Below, one piece after another: positions 19,190-31,199 of a stretch of DNA of 64,000 bases. The notes under the pieces were generated by a model. The model had not been told where the DNA came from, searched no databases, and saw only the letters and a list, made by a program, of their open reading frames with translations. The first letter of the stretch is position 1, and every line of letters begins with the position of its first letter. This DNA is from an uncultured Methanosarcinaceae archaeon (GTDB lineage: Archaea > Halobacteriota > Methanosarcinia > Methanosarcinales > Methanosarcinaceae). The stretch covers positions 672,001-736,000 of the forward strand of contig CAWJYV010000010.1 of the NCBI GenBank assembly GCA_963847185.1, read 5' to 3'. Both the position numbers and the translations under genes were made by a program.

Positions 19190-21403
19190 TTACTTTTGTC
19201 TGATAATATTCTTAACCCGTCTATCCCATTCTGTGGATTCGAAAAGTTCTCGAAGTTCTGGAGAGTCGTCAATAAAGCAGAATCCCCAGTAAACCGCAGG
19301 TAGAAACTCCCGCTTCCACTGCTCTTTTTTCTTTTTATCGAGGAACTGGTATGTTTCTGATGAAGAAAGACGGCTTACGAATCCGAGCACTTTTACAAGG
19401 TCCGGGATGTTCTTCTGGGCAGAGCCAAGTTTCAGGCATTTAAGTCTGTAATTGTCTATATTTCTGAAATCGGGATCGAAACCGAGAGTTTTTAAGATCC
19501 TGTTTTTCTCGGGATTTGAGAGACGCGTGCCTTCGTATTTAAGGGAATTTAGAGCCTGAAGTTTCAGAAGCCATTCGATTTCTCCAAAGACTTTAGGCTT
19601 ATGCTGCCTTGAAACGTCCCCTAACCTGCGGTCCTCATAGGCTTCCCGTTTTAGCTGATTTATCTTACCTGAGAGACCAGCCAGTTCTTCTGCATCCCCG
19701 GGTTCTCTAACCCTGAATCTCAGGGTAGCCCGCATAAGTTCACGTTTTTCCCGCTCAAAAGCTCCTATATCTTTTTCCTCGGTTAGAGCTAGCAGGCGTG
19801 AAAAATATTTTGCCCTTATTGCAGTTGGTGGAAGCCTTACAGGCACTTCTCTGATCTGAGCATCCTTTCCTTTACCTTTTCCGAATGTGCTGAAGTCCAC
19901 CTTATTGATCTCAATCTTTCCTTCTTTAATAGCACGGGCTGCATCTCCTTCGGAAAAGAGCTCTTCGAGACGGATTTCGGGCTGGAGCATCTGGACCTGA
20001 TCAACCTTTTCTCCGTTAAATACTCCTTCTCCAAAATGCTGGTAAAGAGAGTCAATACTGTCCGAAATCTCAAAAATATTGCCCTTCTTCTTTCCCGAAA
20101 CTGGAGAAAGCCTTGTTACCCTTCCGACCTGTTGCTCAAAAAGCCGCATGCTAAGGGTGGGCCGAAGAAGCACGAGAGCTTCAAGGCCGGGAAAGTCAAA
20201 ACCTTCAATTAGCATGCCTACAGTGCAGAGGACATAAGGAGGTTTCCCTATCTCTTTAAAAGCTGCAAGGAGGGCATTTTGTTCCTCTTTAGGCAATTCA
20301 GATGTAATAAAGGCTGCATCTTTAAACCCTCCTTTTGAGGTATAATTATCAAAATCAAGAGGAAGGACAGGATCAGGATCTTTTTCCAGCTTCTGAGCAG
20401 AGATTTCCCCATTGAAAATGGAAGCAGTAAGCTTTGCGTGGAAAGCGTTTATTTCTTCACCGCTCTCTTCTGCTCCATAAACACGTTTCCTGACAGGGGC
20501 ACAGAATACAAGAGTCTTTACGTCCCTGTGTTTTACCATAGAATCATACACATCATTTGCAAGCTGAGTTCTTCGGATTACTTTTTTCAGCTTATCTGCA
20601 GTGCTGCAGTCAAGGAAAAGGTCCTGTTTATCAAGCTCATCCAGCCCCTTTTCAAAATCAAAAATCTCAAAAATATCTTCGGAACTTTCTGCAATCGTAT
20701 ATTTAAGAGGAGCAAGCTCTTCGTCCAGGATACACTCTGGAAGCGTTTTTGCATAGATTTCCCTCATATCTCCTGCAATTTCATCCACGAACTTGACATT
20801 TCCGACAACACCCTGGAATGGAGTTGCAGTCATTCCAAGAATTTTAGTCCTTTCCCCTAATTCATTTAGAAAATCGTTCCCTTTGTTATTGATGAAATTG
20901 TGGATTTCATCTATAATTGCAAGATCAGTAAACTCAAGAATCAAATCTTTAATTTCAGACCCCTGTTTTCCAAGTACTGTTTGCAGAGATGCGAAAAGCA
21001 CAAAGCCTTTACCCGTTCCCTGCCCAATATTTTTTAAAGCTTCAGCAAGCTCTCTTCTGTCAATCTTATTTTCAGAAGAGAGGAGAGCACTGTTGGGAAA
21101 AAGAGGGTTTTCTTTCTTCCTGTCGTAATAGGTTTGACTAAGAAGAGGGTTGTTTTTTGAGACAAGGAAAAGCACAAGCTTTCCTTCGTCATAGTACTTT
21201 TTCATGATATGCTTCGAAAGAAAAGTCTTGCCCCAGCCCGTAGGAACCTTGATGTAGCCTCTTTGATAGGTTTCAAAGTATTGCAGAATATCCTCAAAAA
21301 TTTTCTTCTTATCTTCCTTCAAGGGCTCGAGCTCGACGGTTTCCATACCGACTGCTGCTTTATTTGAAATTGTCATTAATACGCTGTCCTTAAAACTTGT
21401 CAC
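19190..21403 (-). CDS. SF2 DEAD/DEAH helicase (ResIII-like)
   Basis: PTGWGKT, DEIH, TAT, EGFDFP, QQVGRVTR. Confidence 0.88.
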   Translation of the reverse strand: MTSFKDSVLMTISNKAAVGMETVELEPLKEDKKKIFEDILQYFETYQRGYIKVPTGWGKTFLSKHIMKKYYDEGKLVLFLVSKNNPLLSQTYYDRKKENPLFPNSALLSSENKIDRRELAEALKNIGQGTGKGFVLFASLQTVLGKQGSEIKDLILEFTDLAIIDEIHNFINNKGNDFLNELGERTKILGMTATPFQGVVGNVKFVDEIAGDMREIYAKTLPECILDEELAPLKYTIAESSEDIFEIFDFEKGLDELDKQDLFLDCSTADKLKKVIRRTQLANDVYDSMVKHRDVKTLVFCAPVRKRVYGAEESGEEINAFHAKLTASIFNGEISAQKLEKDPDPVLPLDFDNYTSKGGFKDAAFITSELPKEEQNALLAAFKEIGKPPYVLCTVGMLIEGFDFPGLEALVLLRPTLSMRLFEQQVGRVTRLSPVSGKKKGNIFEISDSIDSLYQHFGEGVFNGEKVDQVQMLQPEIRLEELFSEGDAARAIKEGKIEINKVDFSTFGKGKGKDAQIREVPVRLPPTAIRAKYFSRLLALTEEKDIGAFEREKRELMRATLRFRVREPGDAEELAGLSGKINQLKREAYEDRRLGDVSRQHKPKVFGEIEWLLKLQALNSLKYEGTRLSNPEKNRILKTLGFDPDFRNIDNYRLKCLKLGSAQKNIPDLVKVLGFVSRLSSSETYQFLDKKKKEQWKREFLPAVYWGFCFIDDSPELRELFESTEWDRRVKNIIRQK

Positions 21404-21774
21404 TTTATAATTTTTTTAATTAATTTTAAAAACCAGAAAGTACCTTTCAAAATGGTTTCTGGGAAAGTGGTATAGCCCATGCAACAGGAAAATATTGCAT
21501 GTAACTGTAAATCTTATAAGAAGTAACCCCGCAAATTACGATAACTTATAAATAGCTTATAAAAAATTTCAGTTCAGAAAACTTCAGCTAACTTCTTTCT
21601 GTCCAGAACCTGAAAAGAGTGATTCTGGAACTGCCTTTATTTAAAAGTAATCCCTTTTTAATAATAAGAACTACGTCAATATATATTTTATGGCAAAAAG
21701 TCAGAGGAAAAGGGCAAATAAAGAGTTTTTCAGGTTCTTTACTGCACCTTTCCCCACTAAATTTTTTGGAAAAC

Positions 21775-23682
21775 TTAAAAGAACTTTGGCCTTGCAGTAA
21801 GATACTTTGCAAGAGGCAGTTTTCTATACGGTTTACCTGTTATTTCGCCTCTGACCCTCTTATTGAGTTCTTCCGGAGTTATCTGCACTTTTGCAGGCTT
21901 ATTCTGCTCGGATTCGGCTCTGATGGTTACGTTAATAGTGCCTTCTTCAATTTCTTTATCTCCAATAACCACTACATAAGGAATCCATTCTCTACCTGCT
22001 TCCCTGATTTTCTTCCCTATGGACAGGTCGCGGTCGTCAATATCAACCCTGAAGTCAAGCTTGTTTGAAATTTCCTCGGCAAAAGCAATATGTTTCTCCG
22101 AAACCGGTACGATTCGGATCTGGGTAGGAGAAAGCCAGACCGGCAGCATAGGAACCTTTCCTTCTTCGGTTTCCATTGCAGCCTTTTCAAGGAGAGCGTA
22201 AATACAGCGTTCAATTGCCCCGCTGGGAGAACAGTGAAGGACAGTTGGCCTTTCGAGTTTACCGTCAGTACTCACATAAGAAATATCATACCTTTCGGCA
22301 TTTTCTACATCTATCTGGACTGTTGAGAGTGCGCTTGCCTTGGCAAGAGCATCTACAAAGTTGAACTCGAACTTGAGCACGAAATAGAAGAAACGGGTGT
22401 CCCACATCTCTATAAGCACGGGTTTGTTGACAGTCTTTGCCATACTTACTACAAGCTCTTTATTAGACTCGTAAAAGTCCCTGGTAAAGCGGATGGCAAC
22501 TTCATAATCGTTAATATGAATTCCCATATTCTCAAGCACATCGATGCAGAGGTCATACTGCTGCTTGAACTGGTCCACAGCCTGGCCCATATCTTCACAG
22601 AGCGTATGCATGTCAGGCATGGTAAAAGCTCGAAGCCTTCTTAAACCCACGAGCTCTCCCCGCTGTTCCTTTCTGAAACTGTAGCGGGTCATTTCGATCA
22701 TCCTGAGAGGCAGGTTCTTGTAGGAGATCGTCATGTCGTGGTTCATCAGGAATTGCCCGAAGCAGGCTGCAAAACGCAGGAACATCTGCCGCTTATCAGA
22801 CTCTATAGAATACTGTCTTGCAGGGAACCTGTCAAGGTATTTCTTAAGAGTCGGATGATTCATGTCGTACATGAGAGGAGTTTCAACTTCCATTGCCCCG
22901 AACTCGGTTGCGACATCAAGAACATAATTTTCAAGAAGGGATTTCACAAGCCTTCCTTTAGGATAATAGCGCATATTTCCAGAATCTGAACCTGGCTCAT
23001 AATCCGCAAGCTCAAGCCTCCGCATAAGCTCAACATGAGGAGGAGCTCTCTCAACAGCCCTGTTCTTGGAAATTTCATAGTTAACAAACTGCTGGAGTTT
23101 TGGATAAGGAGTAAGGTCAAAGCCTTCAACTTCATGAAGCTCTCCATCAGGAGTCAGGATGCGCCAGTAAGATCTTGCAGCTCCTTCAGCTTTCAGGGCT
23201 TCGGAAACAACCTCTTCTTTTTCACCTTCAACTTCGACTTTGTTTACTTTTTTTACAGCCCCCTCAGGACGGATGCTTCTGGAAAGTTCGGAAAGGGGAT
23301 GTCCTTTACAGCTTATAGTGAAAGCCTTATACCATCCGAAAGGAGCACGTTTAACCTCATATTTTCCCGAGAGAGCAGCTTCAATACCTTTTAAGACCTG
23401 AACTGCAATTTTCGGAGAGGAAAGGTTAGAGCTTAAGTGGGCGTAAGGATAGAGCATTATACGGTCTGTTTTGACCTGGGCTGCTACCTTTTCGATTTCA
23501 GAAACAGCCTTTTCTATAGCTTCTTCAGGATTTGCTTCATCTACGCTTTCCACAGCCGTGAAAACGGTAAGCGCTTCCTCAAGCCTTCCTGATTTCAGGG
23601 AATCTTCAATTTTTTCAGCAACTGGAGTTTGTTTTTTGGTTTCGTATTCGATATAATCAGAGTGAATGAGCAATAACTGCAT
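21775..23682 (-). CDS. thrS: Threonine--tRNA ligase (archaeal type)
   Basis: MQLLLIHSD editing domain, [42 protein letters not shown]. Confidence 0.97.
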   Translation of the reverse strand: MQLLLIHSDYIEYETKKQTPVAEKIEDSLKSGRLEEALTVFTAVESVDEANPEEAIEKAVSEIEKVAAQVKTDRIMLYPYAHLSSNLSSPKIAVQVLKGIEAALSGKYEVKRAPFGWYKAFTISCKGHPLSELSRSIRPEGAVKKVNKVEVEGEKEEVVSEALKAEGAARSYWRILTPDGELHEVEGFDLTPYPKLQQFVNYEISKNRAVERAPPHVELMRRLELADYEPGSDSGNMRYYPKGRLVKSLLENYVLDVATEFGAMEVETPLMYDMNHPTLKKYLDRFPARQYSIESDKRQMFLRFAACFGQFLMNHDMTISYKNLPLRMIEMTRYSFRKEQRGELVGLRRLRAFTMPDMHTLCEDMGQAVDQFKQQYDLCIDVLENMGIHINDYEVAIRFTRDFYESNKELVVSMAKTVNKPVLIEMWDTRFFYFVLKFEFNFVDALAKASALSTVQIDVENAERYDISYVSTDGKLERPTVLHCSPSGAIERCIYALLEKAAMETEEGKVPMLPVWLSPTQIRIVPVSEKHIAFAEEISNKLDFRVDIDDRDLSIGKKIREAGREWIPYVVVIGDKEIEEGTINVTIRAESEQNKPAKVQITPEELNKRVRGEITGKPYRKLPLAKYLTARPKFF

Positions 23683-23940
23683 TCGATCACCTGTCTGGTC
23701 AGTGAAATATGGTTCCGAATCACTTCGGTTCTGAATCAAATAATTGACTTATTTCAGGACTGTCTGCGGTCTGTACCCGTTGGCAGATCTTGATTAAAGT
23801 AATAAAGAAGAATATATGAAAGTCCTAACATCCTGCAATGATATAAAGCAATCCCTTTCGACTGATATTTATTAATTTAACCTGAAAAACTTTCTCACGT
23901 TTTCTGGATTTTTCAGCTTACTTTCCTTGATCTTTGGAAA

Positions 23941-25074
23941 TCATTTTTCAGATTCTGCCCTGCACCTTTTGGGGTTTGGAAGATACATGTTAGAATCTAT
24001 CAATTCCGGATGGATGTGTTCCTGATAAACTCTGTAAGCTGCAACCAGTGCTCCCAGGATGATAGGAGCCGCAAAAAAACCTGCAATTCCTCCAACGAAA
24101 GCTCCTCCAAGGAAGGCAAGCATTAAAGGCATGGGATGAATTTTGGATTTCATACCTGTAAGATAAGGCCTCATGATCAGTTCGGGAGGGCCATAAATTA
24201 CAAGAGAAGAAACCACCAGGAAAAGAACTGCACTTTCAAATCCCTGCTCAATATAGCGCATTAAAGCCAGGGGTACCAGTACCATATATCCTGCAAAAAG
24301 AGGGATTAGTGAGGCTATGAAGATCAGGGTTGCTAACGCCAATACATGAGGAAATCCAAAAAAATAGAAAACGAAAACCGAAGTAACGCTTACTATGAGG
24401 GCAGAATAAGCATTACCGATGAAAATTCCTCCAAGGATTAGATCCAGGTGACATGCGTAACGGTTTACCACTCTTTTATATTCTTTAGGAATAACTCCAA
24501 GAAAAGCACAATAAAGCCTGTCTCCGTCAGCAAGTATAAAATAGCAGAAAATGATCGAAACTATGAAATTAATGATAAAGAGACCGATGCTTTGAGCATA
24601 TGAGATTAGCCCTATACTGCCAACTGCGGGAAGCAAAGATTTGAAAAGATCCCAGATGGCATCATTGATACTTTGTAGAAGTTTTTCCGGGATTTGAAGA
24701 GCACTTATAAAATCAAAAATTGCGCCTATAACTGCATTTTGATTGTCAAGAATCCAGGATATCTGATTAAGGATTTCAACAATGCCTGCTCCTACAATGA
24801 ATACTATAGGGAAAAAAATACAAAGACTGGCAAAAAGAGCCCCAATTTTCTTGTGCTTTTTAAATTTTACACAAATAGGCCTTGCGATGTAAGCAAAGAC
24901 TAGGCCAAGTACAATTCCGTCTGCTAGAGGCAGTAGGATTATAATAGCAAAATATAAAAGCACCGCTACTGCCAGAGCCGCTCCAATTTTCCAGCGACTG
25001 GCGACTAATTTATCATAACCATCCAGAGATCTAATTCCGGTTCTTGGCTTATCCGAGCTTGCATCATGAGACAT
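23941..25074 (-). CDS. AI-2E family transporter
   Basis: Multi-TM; AYIARP, FLGGAFVGGIAGFFAAP; likely start MSHDASS. Confidence 0.85.
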   Translation of the reverse strand: MSHDASSDKPRTGIRSLDGYDKLVASRWKIGAALAVAVLLYFAIIILLPLADGIVLGLVFAYIARPICVKFKKHKKIGALFASLCIFFPIVFIVGAGIVEILNQISWILDNQNAVIGAIFDFISALQIPEKLLQSINDAIWDLFKSLLPAVGSIGLISYAQSIGLFIINFIVSIIFCYFILADGDRLYCAFLGVIPKEYKRVVNRYACHLDLILGGIFIGNAYSALIVSVTSVFVFYFFGFPHVLALATLIFIASLIPLFAGYMVLVPLALMRYIEQGFESAVLFLVVSSLVIYGPPELIMRPYLTGMKSKIHPMPLMLAFLGGAFVGGIAGFFAAPIILGALVAAYRVYQEHIHPELIDSNMYLPNPKRCRAESEK

Positions 25075-25544
25075 GCTGCAATAGTGTATGAAACAGTTTA
25101 TATAAATAATTAGCCTGTAATGATGAAAACGATGTCTGGAAACCAAAGCAAATAAAAAAGTAATTTTACCGCTAGTGTCGCGTCAATATCCACGACTCTG
25201 CGGTCTATTGGGAGTGATCTACATCACCTTCCTTGATTTTAATTTAAAATTTGATCTATAGTATACTTTGGAATCAATTCACTTGCAACAAAATTCGTTT
25301 TTATAGCTGACAAAAATCATTCATCCGATCTTAAAGTAAGTTGGGTCCCCTCTTAAAATTCATAGAAATGAACAAAAATCAGAACTGTCATTAATTCGAA
25401 TTACTTGTTGCTGTCAAAAAGGGAACCCTAAAACATATTTAACCTGCAGTTTATCCCATTTCGATTCTAAATTTCTGGCCATATACTTATATAAATATAT
25501 TAAATAAACAAACTTATTTATATTTAGACAGCTTTTATTATATT

Positions 25545-25810
25545 TGGCAGTAAGTTTTACCCTGTGCGCACCTAACCTGCAAAATAAGTGAACATCCAAT
25601 CGCATCACGTAAGCAGGGTAAAAAGTTTTGCTCCCACGGTCTTTCGTATAAGCAGGAGAAGGACCATGGGAGCTAATACCATCCCACCTCAAAAAGAGAA
25701 AGGAAGCTTTCTTAAGGTCTGCTTCCTTACCACTCCATGTTTGAACAACTTAAAGGATGACCATTTCTGATGCAACAGGAATGATCATCTTTTAAACGCA
25801 TCTTTCCACT
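25545..25810 (+). ncRNA. Candidate four-hairpin sRNA
   Basis: TTTATATT at about 25517, then four consecutive stems. Confidence 0.45.
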
Positions 25811-25819
25811 TTTCCAACA

Positions 25820-26158
25820 TTAAAGATATTTTTGAGATTTTACATTTCCCGGAATAATTCTGGCCCGTAAAAAATCAGGATGTATTTCATCAAGAAATTC
25901 ATCACCATATCCTTCAAAATCCAAAAAACTCTCTATCAGACTTTTGTGACTTGCCCTGCTGACGATGTTGTTGGTTATATAATCAAATTTAATCCATCCA
26001 TCGTCCAATTTCTTTGCTCTTCCTGCTTGAGCAAGAACTTCCAGGTGTCTCTTTGGAGTACTTCTGGCAACTCCTAATTCTTTAGCGATCTGAGATGCTG
26101 ATTTTGGTGTTTCTGCAAGAGTCTTGTATACTGTTTCCTGTGATATTTTTTGAGTCAT
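25820..26158 (-). CDS. Small winged-HTH DNA-binding protein
   Basis: PKSASQIAKELGVARSTPKRHLEVL; likely start MTQKIS. Confidence 0.7.
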   Translation of the reverse strand: MTQKISQETVYKTLAETPKSASQIAKELGVARSTPKRHLEVLAQAGRAKKLDDGWIKFDYITNNIVSRASHKSLIESFLDFEGYGDEFLDEIHPDFLRARIIPGNVKSQKYL

Positions 26159-28277
26159 CTTATACAGTAATACAGATTGAAAATATTTATACAATTTGTT
26201 ATTATGCAAGTATAGTTATAGTTTCTTTTTTAGAATAATCTATGTTTTATTACACTGTAAACCTAATAATGAATTCCGTCCCATTATCCCTTTTTAGTTC
26301 AAGTTCGCCTTCTAACTGGTCTATAAGAGTAGTTACCAGTTGCATGCCAAGACCGCCAGGATTTTCCAGATCAAAACTTTCAGGCACACCTACCCCATTA
26401 TCTGAGACGGTTAGAATAAATCTGGTGCCTTTCAAGTCCTCATTATTGTTTCCTGCTCTATTATCTTCACTCTTTCGGGATTCTTCTCCATAAAGTTTGA
26501 TTTGAATCTCCCCTTTATGTCTGTTGGCAAACGCATGTTTGAGAGCATTTGAAACAAGTTCGTTGGTGATTATGCCTAATGGAACTGCAGTATCCATGTC
26601 AAAGAAAATGTTTTCTTCCAGATCCATGTTTAAGCTAATATTAGCATTTCCAAATCTGTATGTCTGGAAAAGACTCTCAGTGAGTTCCTGAAGGTACGAC
26701 GAAAAGTCCAGTGTATCGACTCCTCCACCTTTGTACAGTTCCTCGTGAATAAGAGCCATAGATACTACTCTGTCTTGGCTTTCCCTGAATGCTCTAAGGA
26801 CTTCTGAATCCTCAATACATTCCCTATTGTTGAATTTTTCAGCCTGAAGGTCGAGAAGGGAGGAAATTACCTGCAGGTTGTTCTTGATCCTGTGATGGAT
26901 CTCCTTTTTACGGGCAGTTTCAATATTCGCAAGGAACTTTTCTGTCTCTTTCCTTTCGGTCACATCATAAATCGTACTCTGGTAGTATCCTGGCTTTCCA
27001 TTCTTTCCCTGGATTTTCTGGTAGATTTCATGCACCCACCTGATTTTTCCATCCTTGTGTATCAGGCGGAAATCAATTTCTCCGTAACCTGTAGATGGAG
27101 CATTCCGAACCTCTTCCTCTGCTTTGAGGACGAGTGACAGGTCATTGGGGTGAATGATATCTTCCCACCGCACTTGGGATATAAAATCTTCTTCAGTATA
27201 ACCGGTGATCTTTTCAACAGCTCCTTGCAGAAACACAGGAATGAAATTCTCATCCTCTTGAAAAACAATTCCCTGGAAATTCTGTATAATAGAGCGGTAC
27301 TTCATCTCACTTGTTTCGATCTTTTGTATGGCATATTTCCATTCCGTAATGTCTTTCAGTACCCCAATGGCTCTGTATACCTTACCTTCGTCATTTTTCA
27401 ACCAGACTCCCCGGATCTCCATATAGATGTAGTTTCCATCTTTTTTCCTGAACCTGAACTCTGCCTGAATTTCCCCTAATTTCCTGAAGAAATTCTTCAT
27501 ATTTTTGATCATCTTGGCCCTATCTTCAGGATGTATATGTTCTATCCAGACCGATTGATCTAAGTTCTTTAACTCTTCCGGACTGTACCCTGTTACTTCC
27601 TGTGTGGCTCCTGCCCACCTGGTTTCACGTGTTTCGAGATTGAAATCGAATACAACCTGCCCTGTCTGCTCTGTCGCTATTCGATATCTTTCCTCACTTT
27701 TCTGAAGCTGGATATCTGCAATCTTGGCACCTGTAATGTCTTTCAGTACTCCAAGAGCCCTGTAAGGCTGACCCTCATGATCCGTAAGCCAGATCCCTTT
27801 GTTTTCCACATAAATGTAAGTCCCATCTTTTCTTCTCAATTTTAATTCTTCCTTATACCGGCCTCCGGTCTTTCTCGTTTTCCTGGAATTTTCCATCTGT
27901 AGTATTCACATCTGCGAGCTGAATATTCTTAATCCAGACATTCTTGCCAAATTTCTGAAATTCTTCAAAACTATATCCTGTAACTTCTTCTATGGCACCT
28001 GCCCAGCTGCTCTTATCTGTTCTTAGATCATGATCGTACACGAGCTGTCCTGTCTGTTCTGTGACAATCCTGTATCTTTCCTCATTTTTCTGAAGTTTTT
28101 CTTCTACTTTTTTTCTTTTAGTTATATCTCTGGCAATAATTGAGATCGCGGTCAGCTTTTTAGAGACGTCAAAAATCGGAGAAAGAGTTAGTGAAACATT
28201 TAGTATAGTACCATCTTTTTTTAACTGTAAAGTCTCATAATTGTGAATTTTATCTCCCTGTTCAATCAGTTCAACTA

Positions 28278-29374
28278 TAGTCTTCAACGTAACTTATTAC
28301 ACGTATTAACACCTATCTACTTATATGGTGGGGAAAGAACACATTCCAATTGATCAAAAATTAGCTCTTGATGAAATCAACGTTTTAATCAAACATGAAA
28401 CCAATTCAAGAGTACTTAAAAGGCTCTATTTTGTAAAATTTAGATTTTAAGGGGATTCAGTAGAAGAAGCCGCTACTAAAGTTGGAGTTACTAAGAAAAC
28501 AGGATATTACTGGCAAGATGCCTGGAATAAAGGCGGCTATGCCGCCTTAATACCAAATTTTGGTGGGGGTAGAAAATCCAAGCTTACCGATGATCAAATA
28601 AAAGAGTTAAGAATCTTGCTGGAAAAAAAAGATCATTGGACTACAAGAGAAGCTTTGGAGTTAATAAAGGAAAAATATGGGGTAGAGTATTCACAGAAAC
28701 AAGTAGGAGTTATACTGCATAGTTTTAACATGTATCATTCAAAACCATATACTCTTGACTACAGAAGACCTAAAAATGCTGAGGAAATTTTAAAAAAAGT
28801 TAATAGAAGCAATTCCAGCATATATTGGTCCAGATTATCAATATCTTATAGGTTTTTTGGATGAATCCTCACCACAAACAAAAGCAAATACGCAACGATT
28901 ATGGTCATTTAAAAAGCCTTTGATAACAAAAAATACAGATTATATAAAAGCAAATGCGTTTGCATTCTATTCGATTAATGGTAGAAATCTCATCGATTTT
29001 ATGGAAAGTTCAAAAGCAGAAAATGTATGTGAATTCCTTGAGAAAATTGTGGAACAGAATTTAGGGAAAAGAATAATTCTTGTTCTGGATAATTCGAGGT
29101 CACATCATGCTGATAAAACGGTAAGGAAAGCAAGAGAATTAAATATAACACTTGTATTTCTTCCTCCTTATTCACCAGATCTAAATCCTGTAGAATTTGT
29201 ATGGAAAACGATTAAGAGAGAAGTATCTATTAGATTTATTCAATCAAAAGAACATTTAAAAACGATTATCAAAAATGAATTTATGAAAGTGGAAAACTCA
29301 TTATCATTTGCAAAGAAATGGATGGAAACATTCAATCCACAAATAAAAAGTGTAATTTGTTGAGTCAGGAACTA
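28278..29374 (+). mobile_element. IS630-family insertion sequence
   Basis: Imperfect 25-bp TIRs (TAGTCTTCAACGTAACTTATTACAC / TAGTTCCTGACTCAACAAATTACAC); TA duplication 28276-77 and 29375-76; removal restores kinase frame EIKEL-VELIEQ. Confidence 0.92.
28325..29363 (+). pseudogene. IS630 transposase with nonsense codon and A-run -1 frameshift site
   Basis: ATG 28325; in-frame TAA 28448-50; TTAAAAAAAG near 28790; DDE part LDES, LDNSRSH, LPPYSPDLNPVE.VW. Confidence 0.88.
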
Positions 29375-31199
29375 TAATTCTTTTATTTCCTCACTCACTA
29401 TGGGCGGTTCCAGGATAGATATGGGCTTTCCAAGAATTTCGTCAGCTGAATAACCGTAGATTTGCTCCGCACTTTTATTCCAGCTAGTAATAATGCCATC
29501 AAGGGACTCAGTTATAATGGCATCATTTGATGACTCCACAATACTTGCCAGGCTCCGGATTTTCTCTTCTGCTTTTTTGTTTTCGGTGATATCCCTAGTA
29601 ACAATAACTACTTCCCCATCAGAAAAAGGCAGAGCGGTTGCACTTACATCTGTCCAGATGATGCTTCCTTCTTCCTTGATTACGCCTATTTCTGAACTCT
29701 GAATCGACCCTTTCTCTTTCAAAGCCCTTACACTGGGTAATTCCTCAGCCGGCATCTCTGTGCCATCTTCCCTTAGATATTTTCGAGTTCCATACTTTCC
29801 TTTGAGCAAATCTGATCTGGAGAGTCCCAAGATATTTTCCAGGGCAAGATTTACATCCAGAATATTTCTTTCTTCATCAGTGACAGAAACTCCAACAGGC
29901 AGCAGATTAAAAAGAGCTTTCAATTTGCCCTCACTCTCTTTTCGCATCTCTTCTGCCTCTTTGCGCTCAGTAATATCCTGAATTGTTCCTCTCATTCGAA
30001 CAGGGATATTTTTCTCATCAAAAGCAACTTCACCTCGTGAATGGACTATGCGTTCTTTCCCATTAGCTAAGACTATTCTATAGTCAATGTCTGAGGGCTC
30101 TCCAGTTAAAAGCTTCTTTTAATGGCATTATCTACATTCTCTCGGTCTTCAGGATGTACATAATTCAAAAATTCATCGTAAATTGCGCCAGATTCTTGAG
30201 GATTACGTCCAAAAATACGATAAAGTTCTTCAGACCAGTATACTTCACCTGTTATGAGATCCCAATCCCAATTCCCAATATGAGCCATTTTTTGAGCTTC
30301 AGCAAGACCCTTTTCGCTTTCTTTCAAAGAATTGTAAGCCTTCTCAAGTTCTGCCGTACGTTCTTTAACTAGTTCCTCTAAATTGTCAAGTGTTTCTTTC
30401 AATTTAGCTTCTGCTTCTTTTCGGATGGTGATATCAGTGAGCATGCTGATGGAACCTGTAAACTCGCCATCTTTATCGAAAACAGACTTAGCATTTATAA
30501 GTGTCCATAAAGGCGAGCCATCCTTACGTATTAATTTGGATTCGTGACTTTCATCAATACCCTTCAGACTCTTTTTCATATTCAGTTTGATAATAACCTT
30601 ACCTTCTTCATCGACAAAGTCACACGCAGATTTACCAATCATTTCACCTTGAGTGTATCCTAACATCTCTGCCATTCTCTTATTTACGTAAGTAGTCATG
30701 GCTTCAGCGTCAACTATCCACACACCTTCATTGGTCGTCTCTATGATATTGCGGTACTTTTCCTCGCTCTCTCGAAGTTTTTCTTCAAGCTCTTTTTGCT
30801 CGCTTATATCAAACCCGTAAATGTTTACACACTCTTCTTCGGGTAAGGGATGAAAAGCGACCAGATATATTTTATTTCCAACTTTAACTTCTATTTTTTC
30901 CGGGTTATTCCGTGAAATTACCCTTTGCACAAAATCTACAATATAGGAAGGCAGTTTTTCCCCCACTCGTATGCCCCATTCATGCAATAAGGGCTCACCT
31001 GCTCCATTAGAGTAAAGAACCGTCCCATTCTTTTCCACACTGAGCACAGGATTCGGGTTCTTTGCCGGAAATTGCTCCATTTTTTTCATTTCTCTTCCCC
31101 AGGATCTTCTTCTTTGATGGCAATGTGCCCATCTTCAATGAGCAGAATAAATAGATATTTTTAACTATTACGACTCTTTTCATTCCTTCTGTTCTTATG

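Larger units (their letters stand above)
26250..31089 (-). pseudogene. Multi-PAS HisKA_2-type sensor histidine kinase, split by an IS630 and two frameshifts
   Basis: PAS/PAC repeats; KEIHHRIKNNLQ, NELVSNALKHAF, DNGVG, GLG. Frameshifts near 30110 and 27880; IS at 28278-29374. The 26250-27896 part is an intact PAS-HK ORF. Confidence 0.85.

Noticed and set aside
19190-21403. Restriction or defence system helicase
   Set aside because: No methylase, nuclease motif or partner genes; lies next to thrS
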